64,000 nucleotides of DNA from an uncultured delta proteobacterium (GCA_963803435.1 CAWDML010000009.1:1088001-1152000); one strand, 5' to 3'. Numbered from the stretch's first letter, positions 20,227 to 33,279 are shown. Notes: generated from the letters alone by a model not told the origin. Translations and numbers: made by a program.

Positions 20227-20880
20227 ATGGTAAGAAGCGTCGTGCGCGCGCTGCTCCTCCTTCCGGTCGCGTTCAGCGCCGCCTGTGGCACCTACTCGAA
20301 CCACCTCACCGCGCGCGCCACGCCGCCGGGAGCGGTCGATTTGGGCATCGACGTCGACGTGGTGGCCACCGAACGCGGGACGATGAAGCGCTCGGTGCTC
20401 CCGAACCCCGACGTGATGGTCCGGGTGGGGCTCGCCGACGGCTTCGACCTCGGCGCCAAGATCAACTTTCTGGGCGCCGAGCTCTCCTCCCGGATCGGCC
20501 TCATTCAGGGCGACGTCGATTTGGCGCTCGCGCCCGGATTCGGGTTCACGTTCGCCGAGCGGACCAGCGAGGACACCGAGGCCTTGGTCTTCACCGGCAA
20601 GATCCCGCTCCTGGTCGGCGTTCATCTGGGCGACATCGTCACGCTGGTGGGCGGGTTCAACGGCATCTTTCACGTCACGGCCGGCTCGAACGACTCCGAC
20701 AACTCCGACGTCATCCTGTATCCGGGTGGTACGTTCGGCGTGGACCTTCAGCTCGCGCACATCATCGCGATTTTCCCGGAGGTGAACGTTCACGTGCCCT
20801 ATCACGTGAATCTCGAGCGCTGGCGGAAGGTCAACTTTCAGGCCGGTTTGGGCGTCCGCCTGACGTTCGGAGGAGATTAG
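20227..20880 (+). CDS. Putative lipoprotein / outer-membrane beta-barrel-like protein
   Basis: Signal with SAAC lipobox; alternating beta-strands; C-terminal AGLGVRLTF. Confidence 0.65.
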   Translation: MVRSVVRALLLLPVAFSAACGTYSNHLTARATPPGAVDLGIDVDVVATERGTMKRSVLPNPDVMVRVGLADGFDLGAKINFLGAELSSRIGLIQGDVDLALAPGFGFTFAERTSEDTEALVFTGKIPLLVGVHLGDIVTLVGGFNGIFHVTAGSNDSDNSDVILYPGGTFGVDLQLAHIIAIFPEVNVHVPYHVNLERWRKVNFQAGLGVRLTFGGD

Positions 20881-20896
20881 GCTACTGTCCGGGGCT

Positions 20897-22438
20897 GTGG
20901 ACGAGCGCTCCGAGGTCGACAGTGACTTTCGTGCGCTGATCGAGGGCAGCCCGGACGGCGTGATCGTGCTGCAGGATGGGCGCTACGCCTACGTCAATCC
21001 CGCCTTCGCTGCGCTCGTGGATCGGACCGTCGAATCCATGTTGGGGACGCCCTTGCTCGACGACGTCGACGCCGGCGATCGCACCGCGCTGGAGCAGCGG
21101 CTGGCGTCGCACGAGAACGAGGACGAGCTCGGAGACTTCCGGCTGACGCGGACCGACGGAGAGCGCGTGACGGTCCAGCTCCGGCCCGTGGCGGTGGAGC
21201 GGTTCCAGGGAGAGCCGTGCACCGTGCTGATGGCGCGCGACGTGACCGAGCGGCGGAGGTTGCAGGCGCGGTTGCTCTTGATCGATCGCTTGATGTCCGT
21301 CGGTGCGCTCGCTGCCGGCGTGGCCCACGAGATCAACAACCCGCTCTCCTACGTCATGGGCAACCTGGCGTTCATGCGCGAGGAGCTCGAAGGGATCGCC
21401 GACGATCTCCCGGAGCCGATCCGCGGAGACATGGTCGAGGCGGTCCAGGAAGCGGCCGAGGGTGCCGAGCGGGTCCGGTCGATCGTGCGCAATCTCCAGG
21501 CGTTCTCGCGGGCCGATCAGGAGGGCACCTCTCCGATCGACGTCAACCGCACCATCGATGCCGCGATCGGGATGGCGTGGATCGAGATCCGGCACCGCGC
21601 GCACCTCGTGAAGGATCTCGGCCCCGAGCTGCCGCCCGTGCTGGCGAGCGAGGCGCGCCTGGGTCAGGTGGTCCTCAACCTGCTGCTCAACGCGGCCCAC
21701 GCGCTGCCTGAGGGCGAGGCGGAGAAGAATCGGATCGCGATCCGCACCGCGTTCGAGGTGGAGACCAACGAGGTGCTGATGGAGATCTCCGACACGGGCC
21801 CGGGCATCCCGCCGGAGATCGTCGATCGCGTGTTCGACACGTTCTTCACCACCAAGCCCATCGGCATCGGCACCGGGCTCGGCCTGTCGATCGTGCACAG
21901 CATCGTCACGGCCATGGGCGGTCGGATCGGCGTGGAGAGCCGGCTGGGCGAGGGGACCACCTTCCGGGTGCTCCTCCCGGTGGCGCCGGACGAGGAGGAC
22001 GACGAGGTCGACCCACGCCCGGAGGTGGTCGGCTTTCGCGCGGGCCTGCGCGGCCACGTGCTCGTGATCGACGACGAGCCTCTGATCGCCAACTCGCTCC
22101 GCCGCGCGCTCAAGCATCACACCGTCACGGTGGTACGGAGCGGTCGTCGCGCGATCGAGACCATGGAGAAGGGCGAGGACTTCGATCTGATCTTCTGTGA
22201 CCTGATGATGCCCGACCTGACCGGGATGGACGTCTACGCCTGGGTCAGGGAGCACCAGCCCGGTGTGGAGAATCGGATCGTGTTCATGACCGGCGGCATC
22301 TTCACCCCGCGGGCCCAAGCCTTTCTCCACGACGTGAAGAACCATCGGATCCAGAAGCCCTTCGATCTGGATCGGATCCGTAGCTTCGTGGACACCACCA
22401 TCGCCGGCGGGCGGGTCGAGACCGGCGACCTGCCGTAG
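20897..22438 (+). CDS. PAS-domain hybrid sensor histidine kinase / response regulator
   Basis: PAS domain, AHEINNPL, NLLLNA, DTGPG, FFTTK, GTGLGL; receiver VLVIDDE..CDLMMP..KPF. Confidence 0.95.
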   Translation: MDERSEVDSDFRALIEGSPDGVIVLQDGRYAYVNPAFAALVDRTVESMLGTPLLDDVDAGDRTALEQRLASHENEDELGDFRLTRTDGERVTVQLRPVAVERFQGEPCTVLMARDVTERRRLQARLLLIDRLMSVGALAAGVAHEINNPLSYVMGNLAFMREELEGIADDLPEPIRGDMVEAVQEAAEGAERVRSIVRNLQAFSRADQEGTSPIDVNRTIDAAIGMAWIEIRHRAHLVKDLGPELPPVLASEARLGQVVLNLLLNAAHALPEGEAEKNRIAIRTAFEVETNEVLMEISDTGPGIPPEIVDRVFDTFFTTKPIGIGTGLGLSIVHSIVTAMGGRIGVESRLGEGTTFRVLLPVAPDEEDDEVDPRPEVVGFRAGLRGHVLVIDDEPLIANSLRRALKHHTVTVVRSGRRAIETMEKGEDFDLIFCDLMMPDLTGMDVYAWVREHQPGVENRIVFMTGGIFTPRAQAFLHDVKNHRIQKPFDLDRIRSFVDTTIAGGRVETGDLP

Positions 22439-22446
22439 GGCCATCC

Positions 22447-24050
22447 GTGCGGGTCGTCGTCCTCGCGTTGATCGGCAGCTGTGCCGCGCCCCCGATGGCC
22501 CCGGTGGCGCCGCCCCCTCCGGCGCGTCCGCGCGGCTGGATCGGACCCGACCCCTCCGTCGGTCTCGGGGGACGCGAGCGGCCGGTGGCGCCACCCCCAC
22601 CCGTCGCGCGGATCGCGCCGCCCCATCCCCACAATGCGCGCTCGGCGCTGGGCGTGACCCTCCGGCCGGTCGGGTACGCCGACACCAGCGCGCCGTTCGC
22701 CAACCTGCTCGCGATGGGCGTGCCCTGGGTCTCGCGCTCGGCGGATCAGTGGGACGACGGTCGCCCGCTGGCGCAGAGCCCCGAGGGATGGATCACCCGG
22801 CTCGAGCGGGGCCAGGCCGCCTCTGCGCTGGTGCCCACCGGGCTGGGAGGCCGGCTGGTGCTGACCTTCGCCGGCGAAGGCACCGTCACGATCGAGAACG
22901 CTCTCAGGATCGTGGAGTCGACGAAGAACCGGATCGTGTTCGAGGCGAAGCCGCGGACCGAGGTCGTCGTCAACGTGGCGGCGGTGGACGAGCGATCGCC
23001 GCCCACGCAGATCGCGGTGGTCCCGGCGGCCCTCGAGACCAAGGGTGCGGACCGGCCGACGTTTCACCCGCTCTTCCTGGAGCGGCTCGGATCCTTCAAG
23101 GTCATCCGCCCCGTCGGCTGGGCGCGCATCGACGGCTCACCGGTGGCGCGCTGGGAGGATCGCACGAGGCCGGAGGCGGTCTTTCAGTCGAGCCCGTCGG
23201 GAGTGGCGTACGAGTACCAGATCGAGCTGGCGAACCTCCTCGGCGCCGATTCTCTGGCTCTCCGTCCCACACCTGGCCGACGACGACTTCGTGCGGCGTC
23301 TGGCCCAGCTGACGCTCGAGACGCTCCGCCCGGAGGGCCGGGTCTTCGTCGAGTGGTCCGACGAGGTCTGGCGGGACCTGCCCTCGCGGCCCCAGAGCGA
23401 CGACGCCCGCGGGAAGGGGCCGGTCCAGGCCGAGCGAAGCGCGGCGGTCTTCCGGATCTTCGGCGAGGTGTTCCGGGATCGAAGCCGGTTGGTCCGGGTG
23501 ATCGCGAGCGAGTCGGGCAACGTCGCGGCGCACCGCGCGCTGCTCGCCGCCGCCGGGCTCAAGAGTCTCACCGACGCGCTCGCGATCGCGCCGCACTTCG
23601 GGGCCGAGCTCGCCGAGCCGAGCCGGCGCGAGTGGTTGTCGCAGGCCAAGGTCGAGGAGATCCTCGATCTCCTGGAGAAGACGAGCCTCCCGGCCACCGT
23701 GGCGCGGATCGGCGCCTCCGCCGACTTCGCGCGCAAGGCCAAGCTCGACCTGCTCGCCTACGGCGGAGGCCCCGTCCTCGACGGGCCTCCCGGCTTCGAG
23801 AACGATTGGGCGCTCGCGGAGAAGCTCGACGCCGTCCGGCGCCATCCGAAGATGAAGGTGCTGCTGATGGCGCTGCTCGACGCCTGGCGCACGGCCGGCG
23901 GTCAGACGTTCGTCTACGACGGGTTCGACGGACAGCCGGGTCGCTTCGGTCGATTCGGGCGCCCTCGAGTACCTCGATCAGTCGATCGACGAGGCGCCGC
24001 TGTTCGACGCCCTCGTCGAGTTCAACACCGCCCACCCGCGCTGGTGGTGA
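22447..24050 (+). CDS. Secreted glycoside-hydrolase-like ('cellulose-binding' family) lipoprotein, two frameshifts (~23250, ~23958)
   Basis: GVAYEYQIELANLLGAD-LWLSVPHLADDDFVRR..VFVEWSDEVW..LLAYGGG..GRFG-ALEYLDQ..PRWW stop at 24050; one-base corrections join three frames. Confidence 0.65.
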
Positions 24051-25730
24051 TCACTGCTGGGCGACGAGCCGGCGGTACTTGATGCGCTTCGGTACCTCGG
24101 CGTCGGCGCCCAGGCGCTTCCTCCGGTCCTCGGCGTAGTCCGTGTACGTCCCGGGGAAGTAGTTGACGCGGCTGTCCCCCTCGAACGCGAGGATGTGCGT
24201 ACAGATCCGATCCAGGAACCAGCGATCGTGGCTGATCACGACCACGCAGCCGGCGAACTTGAGGATCCCGTCCTCGAGCGCGCGCAGGGTGTCGACGTCG
24301 AGATCGTTCGTGGGCTCGTCGAGCAGCATGACGTTGCCACCGCTCTTGAGGAGCTTCGCCAGGTGCACCCGGTTGCGCTCGCCGCCCGAGAGATCCCCGA
24401 CTCGCTTCTGCTGATCCGGGCCCTTGAAGTTGAACCCGCCCACGTACGCACGCGAGTTCACCGAGCGACCACCCAGGTCGATCGAGTCGTAGCCCTCCGA
24501 GATCTCCTCCCAGACGGTCTTGTCGGCGTCGAGGGCGTCGCGGTTCTGATCGACGTAGGCGAACTGAACGGTCTCGCCGATCTCGATCGTCCCGCCGTCC
24601 GGCTGCTCCTGGCCGGTGATCATCCGGAACAGCGTGGTCTTGCCGGCGCCGTTCGGGCCGATGATTCCCACGATCCCGGCGGGCGGCAGGATGAAGCTCA
24701 GATCGTCGAAGAGCAGCTTGTCGCCGTACGCCTTCTTGAGGCCCTTCGCCTCCACCACCTTGCTCCCCAGTCGCGGGCCCGGCGGGATGTAGATCTCGAC
24801 GGCGTCGATCCGCTCGTTGTCGGCCTGCTGCCGCAGCTCCTCGTACGCCTTGAGCCGGGCCTTGCTCTTGGCCTGGCGCGCGCGCGGTGCCTGGCGGACC
24901 CAGTCGAGCTCCCGCTCGAGCGTGCGCTGGCGAGCGCTCTGCTGCTTCTCCTCGACCTCGAGGCGCTTCCGCTTCTGGTCGAGCCACGAGCTGTAGTTGC
25001 CCTTCCAGGGGATGCCGGAGCCGCGGTCGAGCTCCAGGATCCAGCCGGCGACATTGTCGAGGAAGTAGCGGTCGTGGGTGATGGCGACGACCGTCCCCGC
25101 GTACTCCCCGAGGTGGTGCTCGAGCCAGGCGACGCTCTCGGCGTCCAGGTGGTTCGTGGGCTCGTCGAGGAGCAAGAGGTCGGGCTTCTCGAGCAGCACC
25201 TTGCAGAGGGCCACGCGGCGTCGCTCGCCGCCCGAAAGGTGCGTGACGGCGGCGTCACCCGGGGGGCACCGGAGCGCGTCCATCGCCCGCTCGAGCATGG
25301 TGTCGAGCTCCCACGCGTTGACGGCGTCGATTCTGTCCTGGAGCTTGGCCTGCTTGTCGAGGAGCTTCTCCATCTCCTCGGGCGTCATGTCCTCCCCCAG
25401 CTTCATCGAGACCGTCTCGAACTCGGTGAGGAGGTCCCGCACCTCTTGGGCGCCCTCCTCGACGTTCTCCTTGACGGTCTTGCTCGGGTCGAGCTCGGGC
25501 TCCTGCGGTAGGAAGCCAACCTTGACGCCGCGCCCGGCCTTGGCCTCGCCGACGAACTCGGTCTCCGTGCCCGCCATGATCCGGAGGAGGGTGCTCTTGC
25601 CCGCGCCGTTGATGCCGAGCACGCCGATTTTGGCACCCGGTAAGAAGGCGAGCGTGATGTCCTTGATGACCTCCTTGCCTGGATAGGCCTTGCGGAGGTT
25701 TTGCATCGTGTAGACGAACTCTTGGGTCAT
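24051..25730 (-). CDS. ettA: Energy-dependent translational throttle protein (ABC-F)
   Basis: Two ABC domains; [47 protein letters not shown]. Confidence 0.97.
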   Translation of the reverse strand: MTQEFVYTMQNLRKAYPGKEVIKDITLAFLPGAKIGVLGINGAGKSTLLRIMAGTETEFVGEAKAGRGVKVGFLPQEPELDPSKTVKENVEEGAQEVRDLLTEFETVSMKLGEDMTPEEMEKLLDKQAKLQDRIDAVNAWELDTMLERAMDALRCPPGDAAVTHLSGGERRRVALCKVLLEKPDLLLLDEPTNHLDAESVAWLEHHLGEYAGTVVAITHDRYFLDNVAGWILELDRGSGIPWKGNYSSWLDQKRKRLEVEEKQQSARQRTLERELDWVRQAPRARQAKSKARLKAYEELRQQADNERIDAVEIYIPPGPRLGSKVVEAKGLKKAYGDKLLFDDLSFILPPAGIVGIIGPNGAGKTTLFRMITGQEQPDGGTIEIGETVQFAYVDQNRDALDADKTVWEEISEGYDSIDLGGRSVNSRAYVGGFNFKGPDQQKRVGDLSGGERNRVHLAKLLKSGGNVMLLDEPTNDLDVDTLRALEDGILKFAGCVVVISHDRWFLDRICTHILAFEGDSRVNYFPGTYTDYAEDRRKRLGADAEVPKRIKYRRLVAQQ

Positions 25731-25828
25731 GCCGATTGGGAGGCGATCTTGTGCGCCTTCTCAGGGTGGGTTGCAACGAGAAACGTTTGACCGGCATGGA
25801 GGCCGCGAGTAAGCGTCGAGCCCCTACG

Positions 25829-27313
25829 ATGGCGAACTCCGGCTCAGGCGGTCTCAAGGCGATCCTCGACGAACGGAGTCAGAAGGCCAAGGATTTGGCG
25901 GCGCGCGGCTGGCCGTCCTACCCGAACGGCATGGCGCCGGCGCACACCACGGCGGACGTGAGGGATGCGCCCGGGGATGCACCGCCGGAGCCGGGCGACG
26001 GCGATCCCCGCTTCTCGGTGGGCGGCCGCCTCAAGTCGGCGCGACGAATGGGCAAGGTCATGTTCTGCGACCTGTGGGATCGGCGCGGCCGGATCCAGAT
26101 CCAGATCCGGAAGGACCTGGTCGGCGAGACCACCTACGACAAGGTCAAGCTCCTCGACATCGGCGACATCGTGCTGGTCGAGGGCCCCCGCATGATCACC
26201 AAGACCAACGAGCTCACGCTCCAGGTACGGGAGATCCGGCTGGCCGCCAAGTCGATGTACCCGCTCCCCGATAAGCACGCCGGCATCGAGGACGTGGAGA
26301 CGCGCTACCGCGAGCGCTACGTCGATCTGATCGCGACCGACAAGACGCGCGACACTTTCCTGAAGCGCACGCAGCTGATCCGCTACATCCGCCGCTTCCT
26401 CGACGACCGCGACTTCATGGAGGTCGAGACGCCGATGCTGCACGACCTGGTCGGCGGCGCCGCGGCCAAGCCGTTCATCACCCACCACAACGCGCTCGAC
26501 ATGGATCTGTACTGCCGGATCGCGCCCGAGCTGCACCTCAAGCGCCTGGTGGTGGGCGGCTTCGAGCGCGTCTACGAGATCGGAAGAAACTTCCGGAACG
26601 AGGGGTTGTCGACCAGGCACAATCCCGAATTCACCATGCTCGAGTTCTACTACGCGTGGGCGACGTACGAGACGCTGATGTCGCTCACCGAGGAGATGCT
26701 CCGGGGCGCCGCCCTCGAGCTCACGGGCGGCACCGCGGTGAAGTACGGCGAGCACGTGCTCGACTTCGGCAAGCCCTTCGCGCGCATCCCGGTGAAGGCC
26801 GGCCTCCTCCGGAAGGTCCCGGGCCTCGACCTCGCCGATCCCGACGCCCTCTGCCGCGCCGCCACCGACGCCGGCTTTCACCTCGACCGCAAGCACCCGG
26901 TGGGGAAGCTCCAGATGGAGCTGTTCGAGCACCTCTGGGAGGAGGACCTGATCCAGCCCACCTTCGTCACCGACTTCCCCGTGGAGGTCTCGCCGCTGGC
27001 GCGCCGGAAGGACTCGGATCCCTCCGTCACCGACCGCTTCGAGCTCTACATCGCGGGTCGCGAGACCGCGAACGCCTTCTCCGAGCTCAACGATCCCGAA
27101 GATCAGCGCGCCCGCTTCAAGGCGCAGGTCGCGGCCAAGGCGGCCGGCGATCAGGAGGCGATGGACTACGACGAGGACTACTGCCACGCGCTCGAGATCG
27201 GGATGCCGCCCACGGCGGGCGAGGGGCTCGGCATCGATCGCCTGGTCATGATCTTCACGGACTCACCGTCGATCCGAGACGTGATCCTCTTTCCGCAGAT
27301 GCGGAAGGCTTAG
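25829..27313 (+). CDS. lysS: Lysine--tRNA ligase (class II)
   Basis: [57 protein letters not shown]. Confidence 0.98.
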   Translation: MANSGSGGLKAILDERSQKAKDLAARGWPSYPNGMAPAHTTADVRDAPGDAPPEPGDGDPRFSVGGRLKSARRMGKVMFCDLWDRRGRIQIQIRKDLVGETTYDKVKLLDIGDIVLVEGPRMITKTNELTLQVREIRLAAKSMYPLPDKHAGIEDVETRYRERYVDLIATDKTRDTFLKRTQLIRYIRRFLDDRDFMEVETPMLHDLVGGAAAKPFITHHNALDMDLYCRIAPELHLKRLVVGGFERVYEIGRNFRNEGLSTRHNPEFTMLEFYYAWATYETLMSLTEEMLRGAALELTGGTAVKYGEHVLDFGKPFARIPVKAGLLRKVPGLDLADPDALCRAATDAGFHLDRKHPVGKLQMELFEHLWEEDLIQPTFVTDFPVEVSPLARRKDSDPSVTDRFELYIAGRETANAFSELNDPEDQRARFKAQVAAKAAGDQEAMDYDEDYCHALEIGMPPTAGEGLGIDRLVMIFTDSPSIRDVILFPQMRKA

Positions 27314-27328
27314 GCCGCGGGAGTCGCG

Positions 27329-29588
27329 GTGGCCCGCCTCTGGCTCGGTCTCCAGCACGCGGCGATCGTCCTCATCGGACAGATCGTGCTGGCGCGTGCG
27401 CTCGAGCTCGTGCCCACGGGGACGCGCGCTCAGGGGACGGGCGCCTGCATCACCTCGCTCTTGATGGTGATCTCCGGCTTCATCCTGGGCGTCCGGGAGA
27501 AGCGCCGCCGCGGCCAGCTCTTCCAGGCGATCGACGAGTCCCCGCGGCTGGAGAAGGACGACGACCTCCGCCGCCGCGCGCTCCGCATGCTCGAGGAGGC
27601 GCTCGCCCCCTGGACCGCCGCGCCCTGGGCCCTGGTGTTCACCTCGGCGCTGGTGCTGGTGGTGCTCGGGCTGGTGGGCCCGCTCGGGCTGGTCGATCCG
27701 CTGCTGTCGCCGTCGGCCACCGGCGAAGGCGGGATCGCGCGCGCGCTCTGGGGCACCGATCTCCACGTTCTTCCCGGGCGCCATGCTGATCGGCATCGGC
27801 TCGGTGCTCGGCGTGAACAAGGGCCCCGGCACCGTCCGCTGGGCGTTCCTGGGCCTGGGCTTCTTTCTCTCCTCGTCGGTGCTCTTCGCGTACCTGGCCC
27901 GGTTCACCTCGTACGATCCGGCGGTGATCGCGTGGGTGACGGTGACCGGCGTCGGCACGGCCGCGTTCCTCACCGGCTTCTTCGTCTCCTGGGGACGGAA
28001 GCGGCTGGCCTTCGTCGAGCTGGCGATGATCGCGCTGATGGCGGGCTTCGTGCTCTATCTGGCGGCCGCCGTGGGGCCGCCCGAGTGGACGCGCTCCTCG
28101 AACCTCCCGGACGAGCAGGTGCTCCTGTCGCTGGCGGTCATGCCGGCGATGGGAATCATGGCGCTCCTCACCGTCGGCGGGAGCATCGGCTTCCTCCTCT
28201 TCGGCGGCGGCCGCTTCGATCCTGGCTTCCGGTTCGAGGCGCAGGTCGGCCTGCGCTATCTGAAGGCGCACCGGCGGGACGGTTTCGTCGGCATCGTCAC
28301 CGTCATCGCCGTCGTCGGCGTCTGCCTGGGCGTGATGGCGCTGATCATCGTCCTGTCGATCATGAGCGGCTTCGAGGACGACCTGAAACACAAGATCCTC
28401 GGCGCGCACGCCCACATCGTGGTGGAGAAGCAGGGCAACGACTTCACCGAGTACGAGGACGTCAAGAAGCGCGTCCTCGGCATCGACGGGGTGAAGACCG
28501 CGGCCGCCTACGTGATGGGCGACGCCATGATCTCCACGGACATCGGCCTCTCGGGGACGCTGGTGAAGGGGGTCGATCCTGCCGATCGCCAGGCGACGGA
28601 CGAGCTCCGGACCAACGTGGTGAAGGGCGACCTCGACTACCTCCTCGATCCCTCGCAGATCCCGGGTCAGTCCTCGTCGCTGTTCGAGTTTCCGCCGCCG
28701 ACGCAGGTCAAGACCTCGAGCGAGGCCGGCGGGCAGCCCTTCGAGCTGGCGGTCCCGGTCATACGCGACAAGCCGGCCCGTGCCGAGCGGGTCCTCCCCG
28801 GGATCATCATCGGCCGCGAGCTGGCCCGCACGCTGCGCGCGTACGTGGGCGACACCGTCAAGCTGGTCTCGCCCATGTCCGAGGACATCGGACCGCTCGG
28901 TCCCACGCCCAAGCTCCGGCGCTTTCGGGTGGCCGGCATCTTCTACTCCGGCATGTACGAGTACGACGCCAAGTTCACGTACATCCAGATGAAGGAGGGC
29001 CAGCGCTTCTTCGGGCAGCGCCACAAGGCCAACGGCATCGAGATCAAGGTGACCGACGTCGACGAGACCAGCCGCATCGACGAGGAGATCAAGCGCGTCC
29101 TGGGCGGGTTCCCGTACACCGTCAAGGATTGGCGGTTCATGAACAAGGAGCTGTTCTCGGCGTTACTCCTGGAGAAGCTGGCCATGTTCATTGCGCTGGC
29201 GATGATCGTGATGGTCGCGTCGTTCCTGATCGTGGCCACGCTCGTGATGATCGTGCTCCAGCGCGGCAAGGAGATCGCAATCATGAAGTCGCTGGGGGCC
29301 AGCGACGCCTCCATCATGAAGATCTTCGTGTTCCAGGGGCTGATCGTCGGCGTCGGCGGCGCCGTGCTGGGCGTGATCTGCGGCGTGGTGATCTGCATGC
29401 TCCTCGAGCGCTTCGGCATCAAGCTCGACGAGAAGGTCTTCTACATCGAGAACCTCCCGGTCGTGATGGAGTGGGCCGAGGTGTCGGTGATCGCGACGGC
29501 CGCCATCATCATCAGCTACCTGGCGACGATCTACCCCGCCATGACGGCGGCCCAGCTCCGCCCGGTGCAGGGCCTCAGGGACGACTGA
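27329..29588 (+). CDS. LolC/E-family lipoprotein-releasing permease with extra N-terminal multi-TM region (frameshift ~27750-27758)
   Basis: GLRYL..GVCLGVMALIIVLSIMSGFE, GMYEYD, KEIAIMKSLGA, LATIYPA; removing one base joins ORF 27329 to the frame of 27783 (..ISTFFPGAMLIG). Confidence 0.85.
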
Positions 29589-29589
29589 C

Positions 29590-30282
<693 letters not shown>

Positions 30283-30294
30283 CGAGACGCGCGC

Positions 30295-33219
30295 GTGCTG
30301 GTCGCGATCTGCTTCTTCCTCTCGGGCGCCGCTGCGCTGATCCTCCAGGTTCTCTGGACCCGGATGCTGGGTCACGTCTTCGGCGCCACCGCGCTCGCGA
30401 TCTCGACCACGCTCTCGGTCTTCATGGGCGGCCTGGCGCTCGGCAGCCATCTCGGGGGCAAGCGGGCCCCCCGGCTCTCGCACCCGGTCCTGGCCTTCGC
30501 GCTGCTCGAGACCTCGATCGGCCTGTACGGCCTCCTGGTGCCGACGCTCCTCGGTCTGATGGGACCCCTGCAGGCGGCGCTCGCCCTCGATCTCGGTGAC
30601 GCGCTCTGGGGCTACGCGCTGTTCCGCTTCCTCCTGGTGGCGCTGATCCTGATCGTGCCCACCACAGCGATGGGCGCCACGCTCCCGATCCTCGCCGAGG
30701 GCGTGGTGAAGAAGAGCGAGCACCTGGCCGGCAAGACCGGGCTCCTCTACGCCGCCAACACGTTCGGCGCGGTGGTGGGCTCGTTCGCCGCCGGCTTCGT
30801 CCTGATCCCGGACCTCGGCATCACCACCACGGTCTACCTGGCGGCCGGCATCGACCTCTTCGTGGCCGTCTCGATCCTGGTGCTCTTCAGGCTGGCGGGC
30901 GAATCAGCCCTGGTCCGCTCGCGACGGACGCAAACCGCGGACGATCGCCTCCGCGAGCTGGAGCCGGTGGAGCTGAAGCCGATCACACCGCTGCAATCCA
31001 GGTTGACGCTGCTGGTGTTCGCGCTCTCGGGCGCCGCTGCCATGGCCTTGGAGGTGCTCTGGTCCCGCGCCATCGGCATGACGATCGGCGCCAGCACCTA
31101 CTCCTTCACGCTGATCCTGACCACGTTCCTGGTCGGCCTCGCCGTCGGCGCCCACGTGATCAGCCGGCGGGTCGACCGCATCACCGATCCGATCCGCTGG
31201 CTCGCCTGGACCGAGGTCCTGGTGGGCGGCCTCGCCGCCACCGCCTCGATGTTCATCGACAAGCTCCCCCTCTGGCTCCACGCCACCGCGCGCACCGCGG
31301 GGATCACGATGGGCCACATCTACGTGACCAACTTCCTGATCATCGCGGCGGTCACGCTCCCCTCCACGCTGGCGCTCGGCGGCGTGATGCCTCTGGTGAT
31401 GCGCGTGCTGGCGCCCAGGGGCGTCGCCCACGCGGGCCCTCTGGTGGGGCGGGCCTACGCCGTCAACACCATGGGTGCGATCGCAGGGAGCTTCGCCGGC
31501 GGGTTCCTGATCCTGCCCCTGCTCGGCGTCGAGCACGGGCTGGAGGTGGCGGCCTTCCTGAGCGTCTCGCTGGGCGTCCTGCTGGCGGTGACGCTGCCCG
31601 AGCTGCGGCGGAACGTCCTCGCCACCGCCGCAGCGGCCCTGGCGCTGATCCTGTTCGCGCCGCGCTGGGACATGCAGTCGTGGACGGCCGGCCTGTTCCG
31701 CATGTACCTGGCGAAGAACGTCTACGCCGACGGCTGGGTGCCGAACGGCCGGATCCTCTATCACCGCGACGGCATCGCCACCTCGGTCACGATCGATCAG
31801 GCCGAGCCCAGCAAGAGCATCTCGCTCAAGGTCAACGGGAAGACGGACGCCAGCGACGTCGGAGACATGCCGACGCAGGTCCTCTCGGGCCTGCTCCCGA
31901 TCTTCCTCCACCCCGGCACGCCCAAGGAGGTGCTGGTGATCGGCTACGGCTCGGGCGTCACCCCAGGCGCGGTGCTGCAGGCCCCGATCGCTCACCTCGA
32001 CGTCGCCGAGATCGAGGCCGCCGTGCTCGAGGCCTCGAACCGGTTCTTCGTCCACGTGAACCACCGCCCCGCCGACGACCCGCGGACGCGGCTGGTCGTG
32101 GACGACGGCCGCAACTTCCTGCTCACACGCAACAAGACCTACGACGTCATCATCAGCGAGCCTTCGAATCCCTGGATGACCGGCGCCGCCAGCCTGTTCA
32201 CGGTCGACTTCTTCCACATCGCCAAGCAGCGCCTCGCCGACGACGGCGTCTTCCTCCAGTGGCTACAGCTCTACGAGCTGTCCCCGACGAACATCTACGC
32301 GCTCATCCGCACCTTCAGCTCGGTGTTCGAGCACGTCTTCGTGTTCACCCCCGACCCGCGCAGCAACGACACGCTCCTGGTGGGCTCCCGGCGCCCGCTC
32401 CGCGTCGATCGCGATCGCATCCAGCGGTACTTCGGGGATCCGAAGCTCGCCGCCGAGCTGAAGCGCGCCAAGGTGAAGTCGCCCGACGACTTCCTTGGCC
32501 TCTTCCTCCTCGGCGACGACGAGATCCCGCAGTTCGTGGGCCCGGGGGCGCTCAACACCGACGACAACGCGCTGATCGAGTTCGCGGCCCCGAAGGATCT
32601 CCTCACCTACGCGACCGCCGATCCGCGCCTCCCGTTCCTCGACGCCGTCGAGGGCAAGCGCCTGGAGGTGGCGCCCCGGTACTTCTCCGGCTTCAGCTTC
32701 GACGCCGAGTCGCTGTCGCGCCTGGGCGTCCGTCTCCTCGAGCAGGGCCGGATGGACGATGCGGGAGCGTTCCTCGAGAAGGCGAAGAAGGAGGGCGCCG
32801 ACGTCGCGCGTTCGCTGGCGATCCTCGGCTACATCCAGGAGGACGACGATCAACCGGTGGTGATGGCCACGGACGAGACCAAGGGCGACGAACGCTACGC
32901 CCGCTCCGCCTACGCGATGATGAACGGCCACGACAAGGACGCGCTCGCGCTGTTCGAGATGAACGAGGGCCTCGAGGACGTCAGCCTGGCGCACCGGTTC
33001 CTCTATGCGTTCCTGTGCTACCGCCAGGGCCGGTACGAGGACGCCGACTACCTGATGGACAAGATCATCGCGAACCCGGAGTTCGTGGAGCGCTATCCGC
33101 CGGTCAACTACTACGCGGGCAAGGTGGCGCTGTATCGCGATCGCTACGAGGAGGCCGCGGAGTGGTTCGGCCGCTTCTATGAGACCGAGCAGGCCCCGGC
33201 GCCGCCACCCATGCCCTGA
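30295..33219 (+). CDS. Fused MFS-like membrane domain / spermidine synthase-like protein with C-terminal TPR-like region
   Basis: Duplicated TM repeats (LYAANTFGAVVG, AYAVNTMGAIAG); VLVIGYGSG, DDGRNFL, YDVIISEPSNPW, NTDDN. Confidence 0.88.
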   Translation: MLVAICFFLSGAAALILQVLWTRMLGHVFGATALAISTTLSVFMGGLALGSHLGGKRAPRLSHPVLAFALLETSIGLYGLLVPTLLGLMGPLQAALALDLGDALWGYALFRFLLVALILIVPTTAMGATLPILAEGVVKKSEHLAGKTGLLYAANTFGAVVGSFAAGFVLIPDLGITTTVYLAAGIDLFVAVSILVLFRLAGESALVRSRRTQTADDRLRELEPVELKPITPLQSRLTLLVFALSGAAAMALEVLWSRAIGMTIGASTYSFTLILTTFLVGLAVGAHVISRRVDRITDPIRWLAWTEVLVGGLAATASMFIDKLPLWLHATARTAGITMGHIYVTNFLIIAAVTLPSTLALGGVMPLVMRVLAPRGVAHAGPLVGRAYAVNTMGAIAGSFAGGFLILPLLGVEHGLEVAAFLSVSLGVLLAVTLPELRRNVLATAAAALALILFAPRWDMQSWTAGLFRMYLAKNVYADGWVPNGRILYHRDGIATSVTIDQAEPSKSISLKVNGKTDASDVGDMPTQVLSGLLPIFLHPGTPKEVLVIGYGSGVTPGAVLQAPIAHLDVAEIEAAVLEASNRFFVHVNHRPADDPRTRLVVDDGRNFLLTRNKTYDVIISEPSNPWMTGAASLFTVDFFHIAKQRLADDGVFLQWLQLYELSPTNIYALIRTFSSVFEHVFVFTPDPRSNDTLLVGSRRPLRVDRDRIQRYFGDPKLAAELKRAKVKSPDDFLGLFLLGDDEIPQFVGPGALNTDDNALIEFAAPKDLLTYATADPRLPFLDAVEGKRLEVAPRYFSGFSFDAESLSRLGVRLLEQGRMDDAGAFLEKAKKEGADVARSLAILGYIQEDDDQPVVMATDETKGDERYARSAYAMMNGHDKDALALFEMNEGLEDVSLAHRFLYAFLCYRQGRYEDADYLMDKIIANPEFVERYPPVNYYAGKVALYRDRYEEAAEWFGRFYETEQAPAPPPMP

Positions 33220-33279
33220 ACGGAGCGGGGCGGGCCGCGACGTTGACAGGCAGCGAACGGCCAACCGGATCATGGAGGT

